Assembly: GCA_002269645.1 (NCBI GenBank)
Contig: NIVC01001468.1
Span: 89,870 to 153,869 of the forward strand
DNA from: Macrostomum lignano
Lineage: Eukaryota
Direction of reading: 5' to 3'
Length of the DNA stretch: 64,000 nt
The translations under genes were made by a program, and so were the position numbers. Shown here in pieces: positions 49,442 through 60,910 of the stretch. How positions within the stretch are numbered: position 1 is the stretch's first letter; the number at the start of each line of letters is the position of its first letter. The notes beneath the pieces were generated by a model that ran no database searches, was not told the DNA's origin, and saw only the letters and a program-made list of their open reading frames with translations.

Positions 49442-50960
49442 CTAGAGCCCAGGGCCATCAAGGAGACTTGGACAACAGATCGTCCTCGTCCCAGGCCGCT
49501 GGGGCTTGACTGGGAGATGGGAGTTGGTCGACGTCCATGGCCTCCTCACCCCACCGGCCCCCCCAGCAGAGTCCTCAGGCTCCGATGACAGGATGGAGGA
49601 AGCTTCCTCACCTGCATCTTTACCTTCAGACCCCACTAGGGTGGCCGAGGAGAGCTCGGATTCCGAAGACCCGGCCTCGTCCTCAACTCCTTCTCCGACT
49701 GGCAGGTTTGGTTCCCGGGGCTTGGCCGGAGCCGTTGCCGCGGTCGCCGAACTGCTGCTAGCAGAGGGGCGAGATGCAGCTTTGGCTTTGGGATCGGCTT
49801 GCGCCTTTCCTTGGGCCTTAGGCTGCGCCCCGCTCTTGCCGGAGATGCCGGGGTTGGCAGTAGCCTTCCCTTTGGCAGACTTTCCTCGGCGCATCTTGAG
49901 CTTGAGGGCACCCAGCTGGAAAGAGGATCCATTAGGGTACCGACTCGCCCAAGTGCTGGAAAGGCCGAGGACAATTGAGTTGCCCGTCTCCCCCTGCGGA
50001 CTTTACGGTGATACACCAGTCCACTAGCAGGGAGGTCGGGGTTCAGACGCAGTAGGACCCGGCGAATAACGTCTGGTCCAGCTGCGGTGCTCTTAGCAGG
50101 GACGAAAACCACATAGGGTATCGTCTTTGGACGCTGGCCCTCGCGAAGAAAAAGAGCTCCGCCAAGGTCAGCATCCAAGGAGACCGTCGGTAGCCGCTGG
50201 AGCAGCTGCCGAGCGTCCTCCTCGCTGCTAGGAGCAATAAGAACGAATGTGCTTCGCAGCACCATCCGCTCAATGCCGATGGAGATTCCCTCCTCGACAG
50301 TCAGTTCAATCAGATAGGAGTCAACAGCACTCCACACTTTTTGAAGCTGATCAGTGGTCCAGTCCTGGTCGCGACCTTGGATGATCACTCCCGGGATTTT
50401 GGCCTTGGCCTTCGCCGCAAAGGTAGCTCCCGAAGGAACCTCCTTGTTGGCAGTGGCCATTTGTTGCGCCGTGGTTTCGGCCTCAGCAGCCGCAGCAGCA
50501 TCTCCAGGGAGCGCCGCCGCTGAACTACGGAGCTTCCACCGGCCGACCCGTCTGGTTGCCTTGGGACGCCAGTCGCTTCAGCATCCATGGTGGACGCCGC
50601 CGCTTTGGCCCCCGCAGCTCCCTTCTTGGCCTGCCTTTTGGCGCGTTGTTTAGCGCGTTTGCGCTCAAGCCGAGCCCGCTGAGCTTCGTCGGATCTGCCA
50701 GATTTGGCCGGTCCTTTAGGCTCAGAGCTCGCGGTTCCCTTAGATCCACCAGCGGAGCTGGCAGGTCTTTGGGTATTTTGAGTTTGGTAGCTCTGGTCGG
50801 ATCTGCCAGCAGAGCCAGCCGGTCCTTCCTTTGCCACAGTTGAATCAGTCGGTTGGGATCTGCCAGCAGGGCCGGCCGGTCCTTCGGACTGAGGTTGGGG
50901 TTTAGAAGGGTCCCCGTCCCTAGAATTAGTTTGGTTATCCATAGGCGGCTCGAAGGCCAT
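49442..50960 (-). CDS. LINE ORF1 (nucleic-acid chaperone-like), two frameshifts
   Basis: Overlapping frames 51017-50385, 50460-49636 and 49894-49442. Basic ARLERKRAKQRAKRQ segment; ends 22 nt before the ORF2 ATG. Confidence 0.7.
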
Positions 50961-52670
50961 GATGAAAGGTTGGTGGGCTACCCTCAAAGGGGCGCGGTAC
51001 CCACCCGGCCGCTCCACCTGACCGGGCAGTAGGCCAATAGCACCCTCAAGGCTGGCCCGACACCAGGAGGGGGACCGCTTGCGACCGGACTACTCCCCGG
51101 CCTTCCAGCCCATCGGCACGGTCAACACCTTAGGCATTAGAGAGTACGTTGAGCAGTACCACGGCCTGCAGGTTGGCGAGCCAGACCCGCATACCCAAAT
51201 TCGGCCGAAGCCACTGGATAGGGTCGCCAGCGCCGGAGCCCAGTCTGTCCAGCAGCCCTAGGGACTGCCTTGAACACACGCGGGGACGAGTACCCTGGGT
51301 CGACTTGCGAGACAGCGTGGGGGGGTCTGCGGCTGCCAGAGGCAAATAGAGGGTGCAGACCTCCCACCAGCCTTGACCTGCTGAAGATAGGGGCAGGCGT
51401 GAAGCATCGCAGACCTTAGCCCATGGGCCTAGTCTGTCTCATACTTCACTGGCATGCTGAATACGCCTTGGCGCGCAATACGTTACGGAGATAGGAGGCT
51501 TTTCATTTTTCAGCACAAAAATTGTTATTGCTTTTGTTAGAAGGACAACCCGATGTTCATCCATGAATGTATACGTCTCGCGCGCCTTTCTTTATATAGC
51601 TCTATTGATATTCATATGGCTTTTCGTTTAGAAAATTGGGAATTAGGAAAACCTGCCTCCTTATTTTTTCCAAGAAACGTAGTTTCCTGTCCTTACTTTG
51701 AGTAGTCCAGTGATAGATGAAGCGGTACGCCCCTTTCAAACAACTACGCGCGATTGCGAAACGGACCTCAGGTCTATATCAGATCAGAAATGAGAAATCT
51801 CACGGTTGCCCCCTTTCTCATACTAAGAAACTTGCATGGGATTACATAGAAAATTTGGAATATATTAGATCGAGGCATGTGTTCGCTTTCAATGTATATT
51901 ATTTTTGCTTGACCGCCTGTGATTGTGATTTATAAATGTGCACTTCGTAAGATACATGAAGTCTGAGCCTGTAGCTGTACAAGTATCTTGTAAACTTAAA
52001 ACGTTCTCGCAACGTTGTAACCTTTCGTTTTTGTTTGCTTTGTGAAAGCAGTGTCCTTTATAATTTGATAAACGAAGAATGAACTGAAACATCAAAGTGA
52101 CGCGATTACAAGAGAGCCATATACAAATAAAGTTTACACTAACATGCCGTATTGGAGAGAGTCATTAATAGCGCATCAATTTTGCAGCATCATTTTCAGC
52201 ATCAGCGACGCAAACAGAAACAGTGGGAAAGCAATTTTTGCACATTTCCAACTGCTGCAGCGTAGGCTTTTTTACAGCCTGCAAGTCTGAAACGCGATTA
52301 ATTTCTAGTGCAGAATGAGCGAAATTGGATACAGTTAGCGGCGCTTTCACATTGAAGACAGCTGCTTAATTTTGTTGCGGTCATAAATGCGCGCAATTAC
52401 GATCGATAGCACAATTTCAGCAGTTTTAGTGTCCTGTCCCCCCCCCCATTACATTCTGCCATACCCAACTGTCACATCAATTAAACAAACGTCCTATTAA
52501 AACGGAAATTTAGCTACAAGGCCAACCGCGGTGCATTTCGCAATTGGGATAAAAAGCCGTTCGAAAACAAATTATTCCAGTAACTACTTGACTATCCAAG
52601 CAGCAAACGCGCGCAGTGTGCGGCAGCTCCAGATTGTACTAACGGATACGTTTTCCAACTGTCACCTGCA

Positions 52671-53126
52671 ATGAAGAACGAAATCTTTGGTTTGCTTTTG
52701 CTAGCAGCTATTGTAGTGAGTTAACGGTATCTGTTTTATTGATTTACAATTTCAGCAGTATACTTTACTGATTGATGACTTACAGTTTTTATATTGTCAA
52801 TATAATCTGTATAGGCCAGTGAACCGTTTGAGGGGCTGACTGAGGAGGAGATGGAATTGAAGCTGAAGCCCTGTCTAGTCTACAACGTCAACTGCCCAGC
52901 TGACGGCAGCATGGGCAACTACAAAGAGATGAAAAAGGAGCTAGAAATGATGAAGGTTGGCATCAAGCTGCAGGGCGGCAGGACACCGCCAGAGTGCACG
53001 GAGTGCGGCCGAGGCGAGCGGTGCGACCGCGAGTGCTACTACGCCCTATTGAAAGTGGCGGTGTTGGAGCTCCCTCTCGTCCGGAATCAGAATCAGCAAA
53101 GGTTTCCAGGGAAGCGCTCCGTCTGA
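52671..53126 (+). CDS. 118-aa secreted six-cysteine precursor with C-terminal amidation signal (neuropeptide/hormone-like)
   Basis: Exon 1, 52671-52715 (MKNEIFGLLLLAAIV), donor GTGAGT. Intron 52716-52814 ends TATAG. Exon 2, 52815-53126, is in phase 0. Ends ...NQNQQRFP-GKR-SV*. Confidence 0.75.
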
Positions 53127-54127
53127 TGCTGGAAAATTTATTTCGGTACATTGAAATACACTGACTGCTCTGGCATTCTGCAGTATTCCGACTGAATGAG
53201 AACCAAATTAATTTTTTATGTAATTGCTACAATAAATCACACTTAAAATTATTAAAATATACACATAAACATACTTAGAGTCAGCGATATAGCGAAATTC
53301 TGAAGGCCTCGACTTTATTATGGGTGACGTCCATGATTTAGAGAATTTGGCATGCAGCAAAAATTTGTTAAAGAAATCAACTTTCTAAAAGTTCGCAACC
53401 GGTTCGCCCCCGTTGCATGACTACAATTGACCCTAAAAGTAGTCTATTGCGATTGAAACTTTATCAGTCATATTTTTCTACAAGAGGATGATGTAGCTTG
53501 CAGGTGGCACTTTTAAGTCCACGGGCTTTCTTTCAGACAAAAAATTGCTGTAATTTTCACATGAGTTTAGTTGTGTTTCTCCAACATACAGGCCACTGGT
53601 ATTCTTGCACAAGGACCATGATTTTAGGCTAATTCTAAGTCACATTATCAAGCAAGTATTATATTAAAGGAACAAAAAGCAACCCAGAACGTTTTTCAAG
53701 AGGATTTTTATTAGCCAGAGAGTTCAATAAATATGATTCATTGTTAGAGCATTTGAAAGCTACGTATGAAAAAACAAAGTATTCAAAGAAAGCATCTGCT
53801 CTGTGGCTCTTATCTGTAGCTAAAATTGATTGAAAATTGAAATTTACGAGCAACGCAGAGTCATACTTAGGTCTCAGAATTCTGCTTCAAATTCACCAAC
53901 TCTTAGAGGAAAGAGAAAAATGAGAAAAGTGTAGCATTTCAAAGAATCAGTCAACATGTCAATAGCAAGGCATGCGATTTAAGAAAAGGATAGGAATATA
54001 AATGATAGTTGCGTGAATTTACAGAGGCAAAAAAGACGAAACAGCATTTGAGAAAAGTGAACGAGGCAAAAGTTTTTTTGCTGTTAAACGGGGTTGCCAA
54101 GCTAATGATAGGTCAATGCTCCGGCGA

Positions 54128-54412
54128 GGACCGTAGCCCAGTGGTCAAGCGCAGGCTCTGATGCGCCAGCGGCCCAGGCTCGATTCCAAGTGCAGTCACT
54201 TTAATCTGGGGACTATATTGGAATCTCGGCTTGGCTCTGCTCGTGTAATTAACACCCTTCAGGGCCAACCCCCAATGCACAGTGAAGTGTACATGCCTAA
54301 CGATAAATAAAGTTAGGGCCGCTGTACACTCCTGTGTAAGTGTGTGCCTGTGCGTATGAAACGTACATATCCGCCCGCTTGTGTGCCTGCTCAGGGGAGT
54401 CGGCGGAATGGG
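54128..54412 (+). mobile_element. tRNA-derived SINE, copy 2
   Basis: A box TAGCCCAGTGG and B box GGCTCGATTCC; homologous to 23346-23626. Confidence 0.78.
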
Positions 54413-55172
54413 TCCCAAATTTGCAAATGAGCAAAAACGCTAGCTTAATCGAAAGCAGCGAGATCACCGTGGTCATCTTGAAACGCGCATTGCGCAAGAG
54501 GCGAGCACGTGATCAAATTTCTCGTGCTTCGGGTGAGAGTCAGTCACCTATAGCGCAGACAGTCACCTTAGAGTTCCCAGTTCCCTGCTCAAGCAGGTTC
54601 CCCTTAGTGCAAAGGTACATGCAGTAGCTCAGCCTCAGACCAGGGACAAATCTGTAAGCATATCAATAGCAAAACATGGATTTTTTTAGAAGAGATAAAA
54701 ATATTATACTTGAAACGATATTTTCATAAAAACTTACCGAGACGAAAATACGCTTTAGTTATGTGGAGGAAGCAAAATATTTGAATATTAATCATAAACA
54801 AAAATGATTAAGCACTATACAGAGGATATACAGATATAGACCCTATATTTAGCATCTATAGTAGAGACAGAAAATATCAGATACAAATTCAATTGCTTTA
54901 CAGGGAATTGAATTTAGGTTTAAAGTGCACGGTTCGCAATCCTTCTTATTCTTTTAAGAAGTCACTCGAATAAAGTTCAAGATGTTATTTCAAATTGCAA
55001 AAGATGCTGAAATTCCATCGACTCAAAAAAGTACGAGATTACGAGAAAAAACGTTATTTAGAAGAGTAAAAAATAAATGAAAAGATCGTGTTCACAATGC
55101 TCGATTAATAGAGGCATAAATAGTTAGTTAACGTTAAAAATATCCTCAAAAAATCCTTACTGCTCGACTCAA

Positions 55173-55522
55173 GGGGTCACAAACCCAAACTTTCACAAAC
55201 CCGAAACATCACAAACCCGAATTTTTCCAACGTCGAAGTTTCACAAACCCGAAGTTTCACAAACCCGAATTTTTACAAACCCGAAGTTTCACAAACCCGA
55301 ATTTTTTCGAATCCGAAAGTTCACCATGTCAAAATTTCGAATTTCCCTGGAGACATTAAAGACTAAAAAACCCGAAATTTTAGTCTGAAATTTGGAAAAT
55401 AAGCTAGAAGATTCGAGAATATGAAGTGTCTATTTTAAAAGTCCAGTTCATTGTATTAACTCCTTAGTTCATTTTGGCATCTTGCTACCTGACGTGAAAT
55501 TTCGGGTTTGTGAAAGCGCCCC
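55173..55522. mobile_element. Possible MITE/foldback remnant with subterminal TTTCACAAACCCGAA repeats
   Basis: About 7 direct copies at 55177-55310 and one inverted copy TTCGGGTTTGTGAAA at 55501-55515. GGGG/CCCC ends. The flanks GACTCAA/GGCTCAG are only an imperfect TSD. Confidence 0.4.
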
Positions 55523-55525
55523 GGC

Positions 55526-56451
55526 TCAGGGCAGCGCTGAAAAGAACCGTTGAATCTCCGCTGCTGTCATGGAGAAGTTCGCGATCGCAACGGCCTTAAC
55601 GGTGCCCTGTAGGAAACGATCCGGCCAACGCCGACCAATTTGGACGATGTAGCAGAAGCTCGAGGTCGGAGCGGTCGCTCCAGTTGACAGCACAAATGAG
55701 CCATTGAAGAATATTTTCCAATTTGATTCCGATCGGGTCAATCCGAGGTCAAGCCAAGTATTCGGGTTGTTGGGGAGAATTTTAGGTGTGTGTGAACCTG
55801 GTTGGCCGGAAAAAGAGCCGTACAGCATGTTCGGCTCGTTGAACTCCCAGAAATGCGGACCAAAATTCCCTAGGTTGTCGCACTGGCCGACATCAACGAG
55901 CGGCTGTACTTTCGGCTGCCTCTTCAGCCGCAGCAGCCAGGTGAAGGAGCCCCCGTTCACTACGTTGCCCACATCCTCGGTAGCCGCGTACGAAGACGCT
56001 CCGTCGAACTTGGCTCCGTCCTCAGTCCAGTCCACGTTCTCGCTGTGCAGCCGGTAGTTGCCGGGCTCGGCCTGGCACACGAGGTTGTCAAACCGGCTGC
56101 CGCCTCCTGCCAGCCACGCAGCCACAAAGCGCGCACCGACCGACTCGGAGCAGCTCGACAGAGACGAGAAGCGGTCGCGTTGCCGGCCTGAATGTGCCGG
56201 CACACCGTCTGGTAGCGGAAGAGGCAGCACGCAGCGGTGCGCTCATTCCACTGCGCAACCAGGTCTCCGGGACTGGCGCCCGCCTTCATCATGCAGGGCG
56301 CCACGCTGGGCGCCTTCCAGCAGCCTTGAGCGACGGTCTCGTTGAGGCAGCGGTCGCCGAGTTTGCACCACTTCGTCCTGCAGCCGGCGGAGACGTCTGT
56401 AACCATGGCAGCGCAAAAGATAGCAGTATGCATCAGCTGAATTATAGCCAT
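55526..56451 (-). CDS. Secreted protein: signal peptide, Cys-rich module and LamG/concanavalin A-like domain; one frameshift near 56170
   Basis: ORF 56451-55960 gives the hydrophobic leader and Cys-rich part (GCW...CMM...CC..YQ..C). ORF 56230-55526 gives the LamG-like part (AKFDGASSY, FTWLLRLK, WLDLGLT, IFFNG, IGRR...FLQGTVKAVAI...MTAAEI). One added base joins GNATA to FSSLSSC. Confidence 0.7.
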
Positions 56452-58595
56452 TTTGCATCTAGTAGAAGATTTTACGGCTTATTGTTTTGCTGCATTAGTT
56501 TTTGGGATTTCTGCAAGTTTTTAGGAAGAATCGGTTGCTTTAAACAGTGAACTCACTTGTTTTCTGGAAGTGGATGGGTTGAAGGAGGAGTTAGAAAGAG
56601 TTAAGAGGGGGCTTTGGCAAAGAAAGATGAATAAAACTAGACGGGAAAAAGTAAAGAGCCCATCATAACACGCTTGACTGCACTGCGCACCCGTCACGGC
56701 AATTCATGCGTGCTTTAGTGTATTTCTTTTAACTAACATGAGAGCAACTCAAACACTTAGGGTTCTGCATAGGAATGACCAAATCCCGACCATATTCCAG
56801 TCCCGAGATCCCGGGACCAATCTCGGGAAGCTCGCCCGGGAATAGAGACTTTCTTTTCTTTTTATACATGCAGCGCTCATTCATTCCGTCAGAAAAGCAA
56901 CAATAGTGAGATTTATAAAACTAGAAACTAAGGATTTGAGGACTGAGATATGAATGAAACTTGAATGATGTGGTCTATAATTGAATACTTCTTCATCAAT
57001 TATTCCATCCGTGGATCGATTTCCAAGGAAACTGTTTTATACATGGTAGAATGCTCACAATGAATGCAAGCGAAGTTTTATCTTTTTACTGTTTTAAAAC
57101 AAGAGAATATATCATATATAAAATTTTTCTATAAATCAAACATCATATAGAGCGTGTCTAATGATTAAACTAAAGGGGCTGAGGCTAACACAAACGTCTT
57201 CTTACAGGTTTTTATATTTTTCTTTTTTGAGCTGTGTGGTTCTATGAAGGTTCCAAGTTTAATCAGCCAGAAAACTAAATAGAAATGATTCATCTTTGTA
57301 TTTGAGATTTACTAATAATGAAAAAGCAAAATGTGGTACCCGATGCGGCTCGTTGTAGCTGCGAATAGAAATTACGAGCGACGCCGTGTCAGAGTGAAGA
57401 GTTTATTTGAGTGGTGATCAGTCACTCAAAAACTCCCACTTCTAGATACTGGGGAACAAGTGCCTATGTATATACAGAATCGAATAACTCTTACTGCAGC
57501 GGATCCTCTTGCGGTCGGCAGTCGGCGGAGTCTTGTCGGTCGTAGGGCTAGCTAGCTTGCTGAGCGGTGGCGGTGGCCGGTTCCGGTGAACAGCTGTTGT
57601 CTCCTGGAGTCCTTAACTTTGTCTGCGGGTCGACCAAAACAGGAGCGAATCAGAATTCTTGACGATCCTCGAGCTCGGAATTAACAATAGAACGTGCGCT
57701 CTTATGAACAATTGAATTCTCTGAATATCTGTGATAGGTCCTCCTGAAGGGCGTCTTCTTCGTTACGTCCGAAACGTAACGGATAACTCAATTCAAATTA
57801 ATAAATCCTCTAGGAATGTATCCTAGGAAACAAGGAGGCCTTTCTCAAATGTGTCGGCAATAAGTGGCTCTCGTAAACTCAATTAATCAAATTATTAGTG
57901 CTGTAGCAAAGAACTAAATCGGGTTAAACTTCTTCTCTCAGATGAGTCTTCTTGGTATTCCAAAGTCTTCATTGAGACCGCTCCAAGTCTGAATTTTTTA
58001 CTTGGTTTGTCGCTTAAATTTATAGTAACATTTTGGTGAAAAACTGGTTTAAAATCGTTTATTTACTTAGGTCACGTATGTTTGATTAAGGGGTCATGAA
58101 TGTTTGATCATTACCAAATATGGAATTAAGCAAATACAACTCCCGAGAACCGGTTCCTTGATCAAATAAACGTTGATCCTACGAAGGCTCTGAGTCACTT
58201 CTGTTTGCACATGACTCATTCTAAAAATGAGGTGTGCAAACATAATGAGCTTGAGTACGAGGTGTGCATCGTCAGCTGAGAGTACAGCAGAAAAATGTAC
58301 ATCAGAAGTACTGTCAATTGATACTATTGATGTACATGTATGTACATTTAGATTTCAGTGGCAGAGGTGCCTTTAGACTCCAGCCACTAAACTTCTGGAT
58401 GACCTTTATTAGAAAAATTGTGTTCGATTGAAATTTAAATAGCCGAATTGAACATCTTCAAGAATAAACGAACATTTCTTGGTCAGCACATTTGAAAAGT
58501 ACGAGATAAATATAATGGATAAAAACCTCAATTAAAATGGAAAGAAAAAGGGATTGTACCAAAAGAATTAAATAAGATTATACGCAATTTTTCTG

Positions 58596-59628
58596 TCGGC
58601 GAATTTGACTAGATTGTCGCCTAATTTTGACTAGATTGTCGCCTAATTTTGACTAGATTGTCGCCGAATTTGACTAGATTGTCGCCTAATTTGACTAGAT
58701 TGTCGCCTAATTTGACTAGATTGTCGCCTAATTTTGACTAGATTGTCGCCTAATTTGACTAGATTGTCGCCTAATTTGACTAGATTGTCGCCTAATTTTG
58801 ACTAGATTGTCGCCGAATTTGACTAGATTGTCGCCTAATTTGACTAGATTGTCGCCTAATTTGACTAGATTGTCGCCTAATTTGACTAGATTGTCGCCTA
58901 ATTTGACTAGATTGTCGCCTAATTTGACTAGATTGCCGCCGAATTCGACTAGATTGTCGCCGAATTTGACTAGATTGTCGCCTAATTTGACTAGATTGCC
59001 GCCGAATTTGACTAGATTGTCGACTAATTTGACCAGATTGTCGCCGAATTCGACTAGATTGTCGCTTAATTTGACTAGATTGTCGCCTAATTTGACTATA
59101 TTGCCGCCGAATTTGACCATATTGCCGCCGAATTTGACCGTATTGCCGCCGAATTTGACTAGATTGTCGCCTAATTTGACTAGATTGTCGCCTAATTTGA
59201 CTAGATTGTCGCCTAATTTGACTATATTGCCGCCGAATTCGACTATATTGCCGCCGAATTTGACCGTATTGCCGCCGAATTCGACTAGATTGTCGCCGAA
59301 TTTGACTAGATTGTCGCCGAATTTGACTAGATTGTCGCCTAATTTGACTATATTGCCGCCGAATTTGACTAGATTGCCGCCGAGTTTGACTAGATTGTCG
59401 CCGAGTTTTGACTAGATTGTCGCCGAGTTTGACTAGATTGTCGCCGAAATCGACTAGATTGTCGCCGAGTTTGACTAGATTATCGCCGAATTTGACTAGA
59501 TTTTCGCCGAATTTGACTAGATTATCGCCGAATTTGACTAGATTGTTACCGAATTTTGACTAGATTATCGCCTAGTTTGACTAGATTGGCGCCGAATTTG
59601 ATTAGATTGCCGCCGAATTTGACTAGAT
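58596..59628. repeat. 21/22-bp minisatellite (AATTTGACTAGATTGTCGCCT), about 48 copies
   Basis: Direct repeat. It generates the LVKLGDN/TRLSPNL ORFs. Confidence 0.96.
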
Positions 59629-60334
59629 TGCCCCTCCGATTCAGTCAATGGGCAGGTAAAGTACCTATTTTACAAATAAATACAACTAAAACTATCTACT
59701 CATACAAGTAATAAGCCAATTGATGAGGACGCACTTTTTCCAAATTTCACGCTCGCACATGGGTTCCAAACTTGCTAGCCTACTAACAGCAGGCTATGGG
59801 CGTTTTTCTCCCTCTTTTGTAATTTTTCTAGAATTAATACTAGTAGGACTTCTGTAGCTATATTAATCTGCCATACTTGTAGTTATAATAACATAGGCGC
59901 GGTTTTTTGCTGCTTTTGGGTCATAAATCATTTCGTCTGAGCTGGTCTGACCGCCACCTGCGCCTCACTCAGTGCTGGGGCTGGCGCCAGATGGTCTGAG
60001 AGGAAGCGAATGATAGCTTTTTTCTCATCATTTTGACAGGCCATCAAGATTTATGAGGTCAGGGCCTATTGTTCGTGTTCAATCAAGCATGTGACAGCTT
60101 TGACAGCTATGCGTTTTACCCCTAAAAGTACGTTGGGATTAGCAATTAGCGAGTTCTCTTCAATACCTCCGCTTTCCACTTAATAAGAGCTTTCTAATGT
60201 ATATTTTCTCATTGATTTTTGTCAATTCTGCGCGAAAATTCATAAAATAAAAAACATATTTTTTGCGATTTTGATTGATTTATGGCCGCACCTATCATAT
60301 TTTTACGACCCGAGGGAACTGATAGGATCTCCCG

Positions 60335-60412
60335 GTCACGTGACTTTGGGTGGCAACAAGCAACAATCAGAAAATTCGACGCTCATTTTAACAAATCGGC
60401 TCAGCCAATCAG
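60335..60412 (+). promoter_or_regulatory. Candidate promoter of the THAP transposase: palindromic E-box GTCACGTGAC and CCAAT box
   Basis: GTCACGTGAC at 60335-60344 and AGCCAATCAG at 60403-60412. These are followed by a GC-richer leader and a GT...CTCCTGCAG intron-like segment (about 60724-60808) before ATG 60911. Confidence 0.35.
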
Positions 60413-60910
60413 AATCGACGTGTTCCATTATAACAAACTGCGGTCCAGTTGGCGGCTATTTAAACGGGTGTTTTTGGCCCGCTCGGACTAACTTGGCAAC
60501 CCTTTCTGGAGACCGGCCAGGAACTTGCTCTCTCCCTGGCCCGACTGTCGTTTCTTAATCCCCGGATTGCGACTCCCCCCATCATCATCAAGGACGAATT
60601 CCCCCGGTCATCAGCAGTGAACATCCAAGGAAGCCTCTTTGTTCGCTTCGCTCACCAGGAAGCGACACTCACTTGGCCCCTCCCCACCTCCTCTACAAGT
60701 TTAGTCTCGTTTTGGGAACTTAGGTAGCAAAGAATTTTTGTCCTTCGTTTACTGTACACTGAATTACTCATATCTTTTCTATGTTATGCCTATATCTTCT
60801 CCTGCAGGATATCATTTAGGCAGCAAAAAACAACTGATATCAACTCACTCTGAGCAATTCTCTGATTTTCTAAAGTCTAATTTTTTAATCGAACATTTGC
60901 ATAATACATC

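Larger units (their letters stand above)
45591..51476 (-). mobile_element. Full-length non-LTR retrotransposon (APE-RT-RNase H; LOA-like clade), 5.9 kb
   Basis: 13-bp TSD AATACGTTACGGA at 45578-45590 and 51477-51489. Two ORFs, a 5' UTR of about 500 bp, and a short 3' UTR. Confidence 0.92.

Noticed and set aside
56801-56828. 9-bp hairpin TCCCGAGAT...ATCTCGGGA
   Set aside because: It is isolated and short, so it could occur by chance.
58728-59415. Leucine-heptad-like ORFs (LVKLGDN, TRLSPNL)
   Set aside because: They are translations of the 21-bp array, and the frame is broken by 22-bp units.
120-59630. Tandem arrays as CRISPR-like loci
   Set aside because: The units are contiguous with no unique spacers, there are no cas genes, and the context is eukaryotic.
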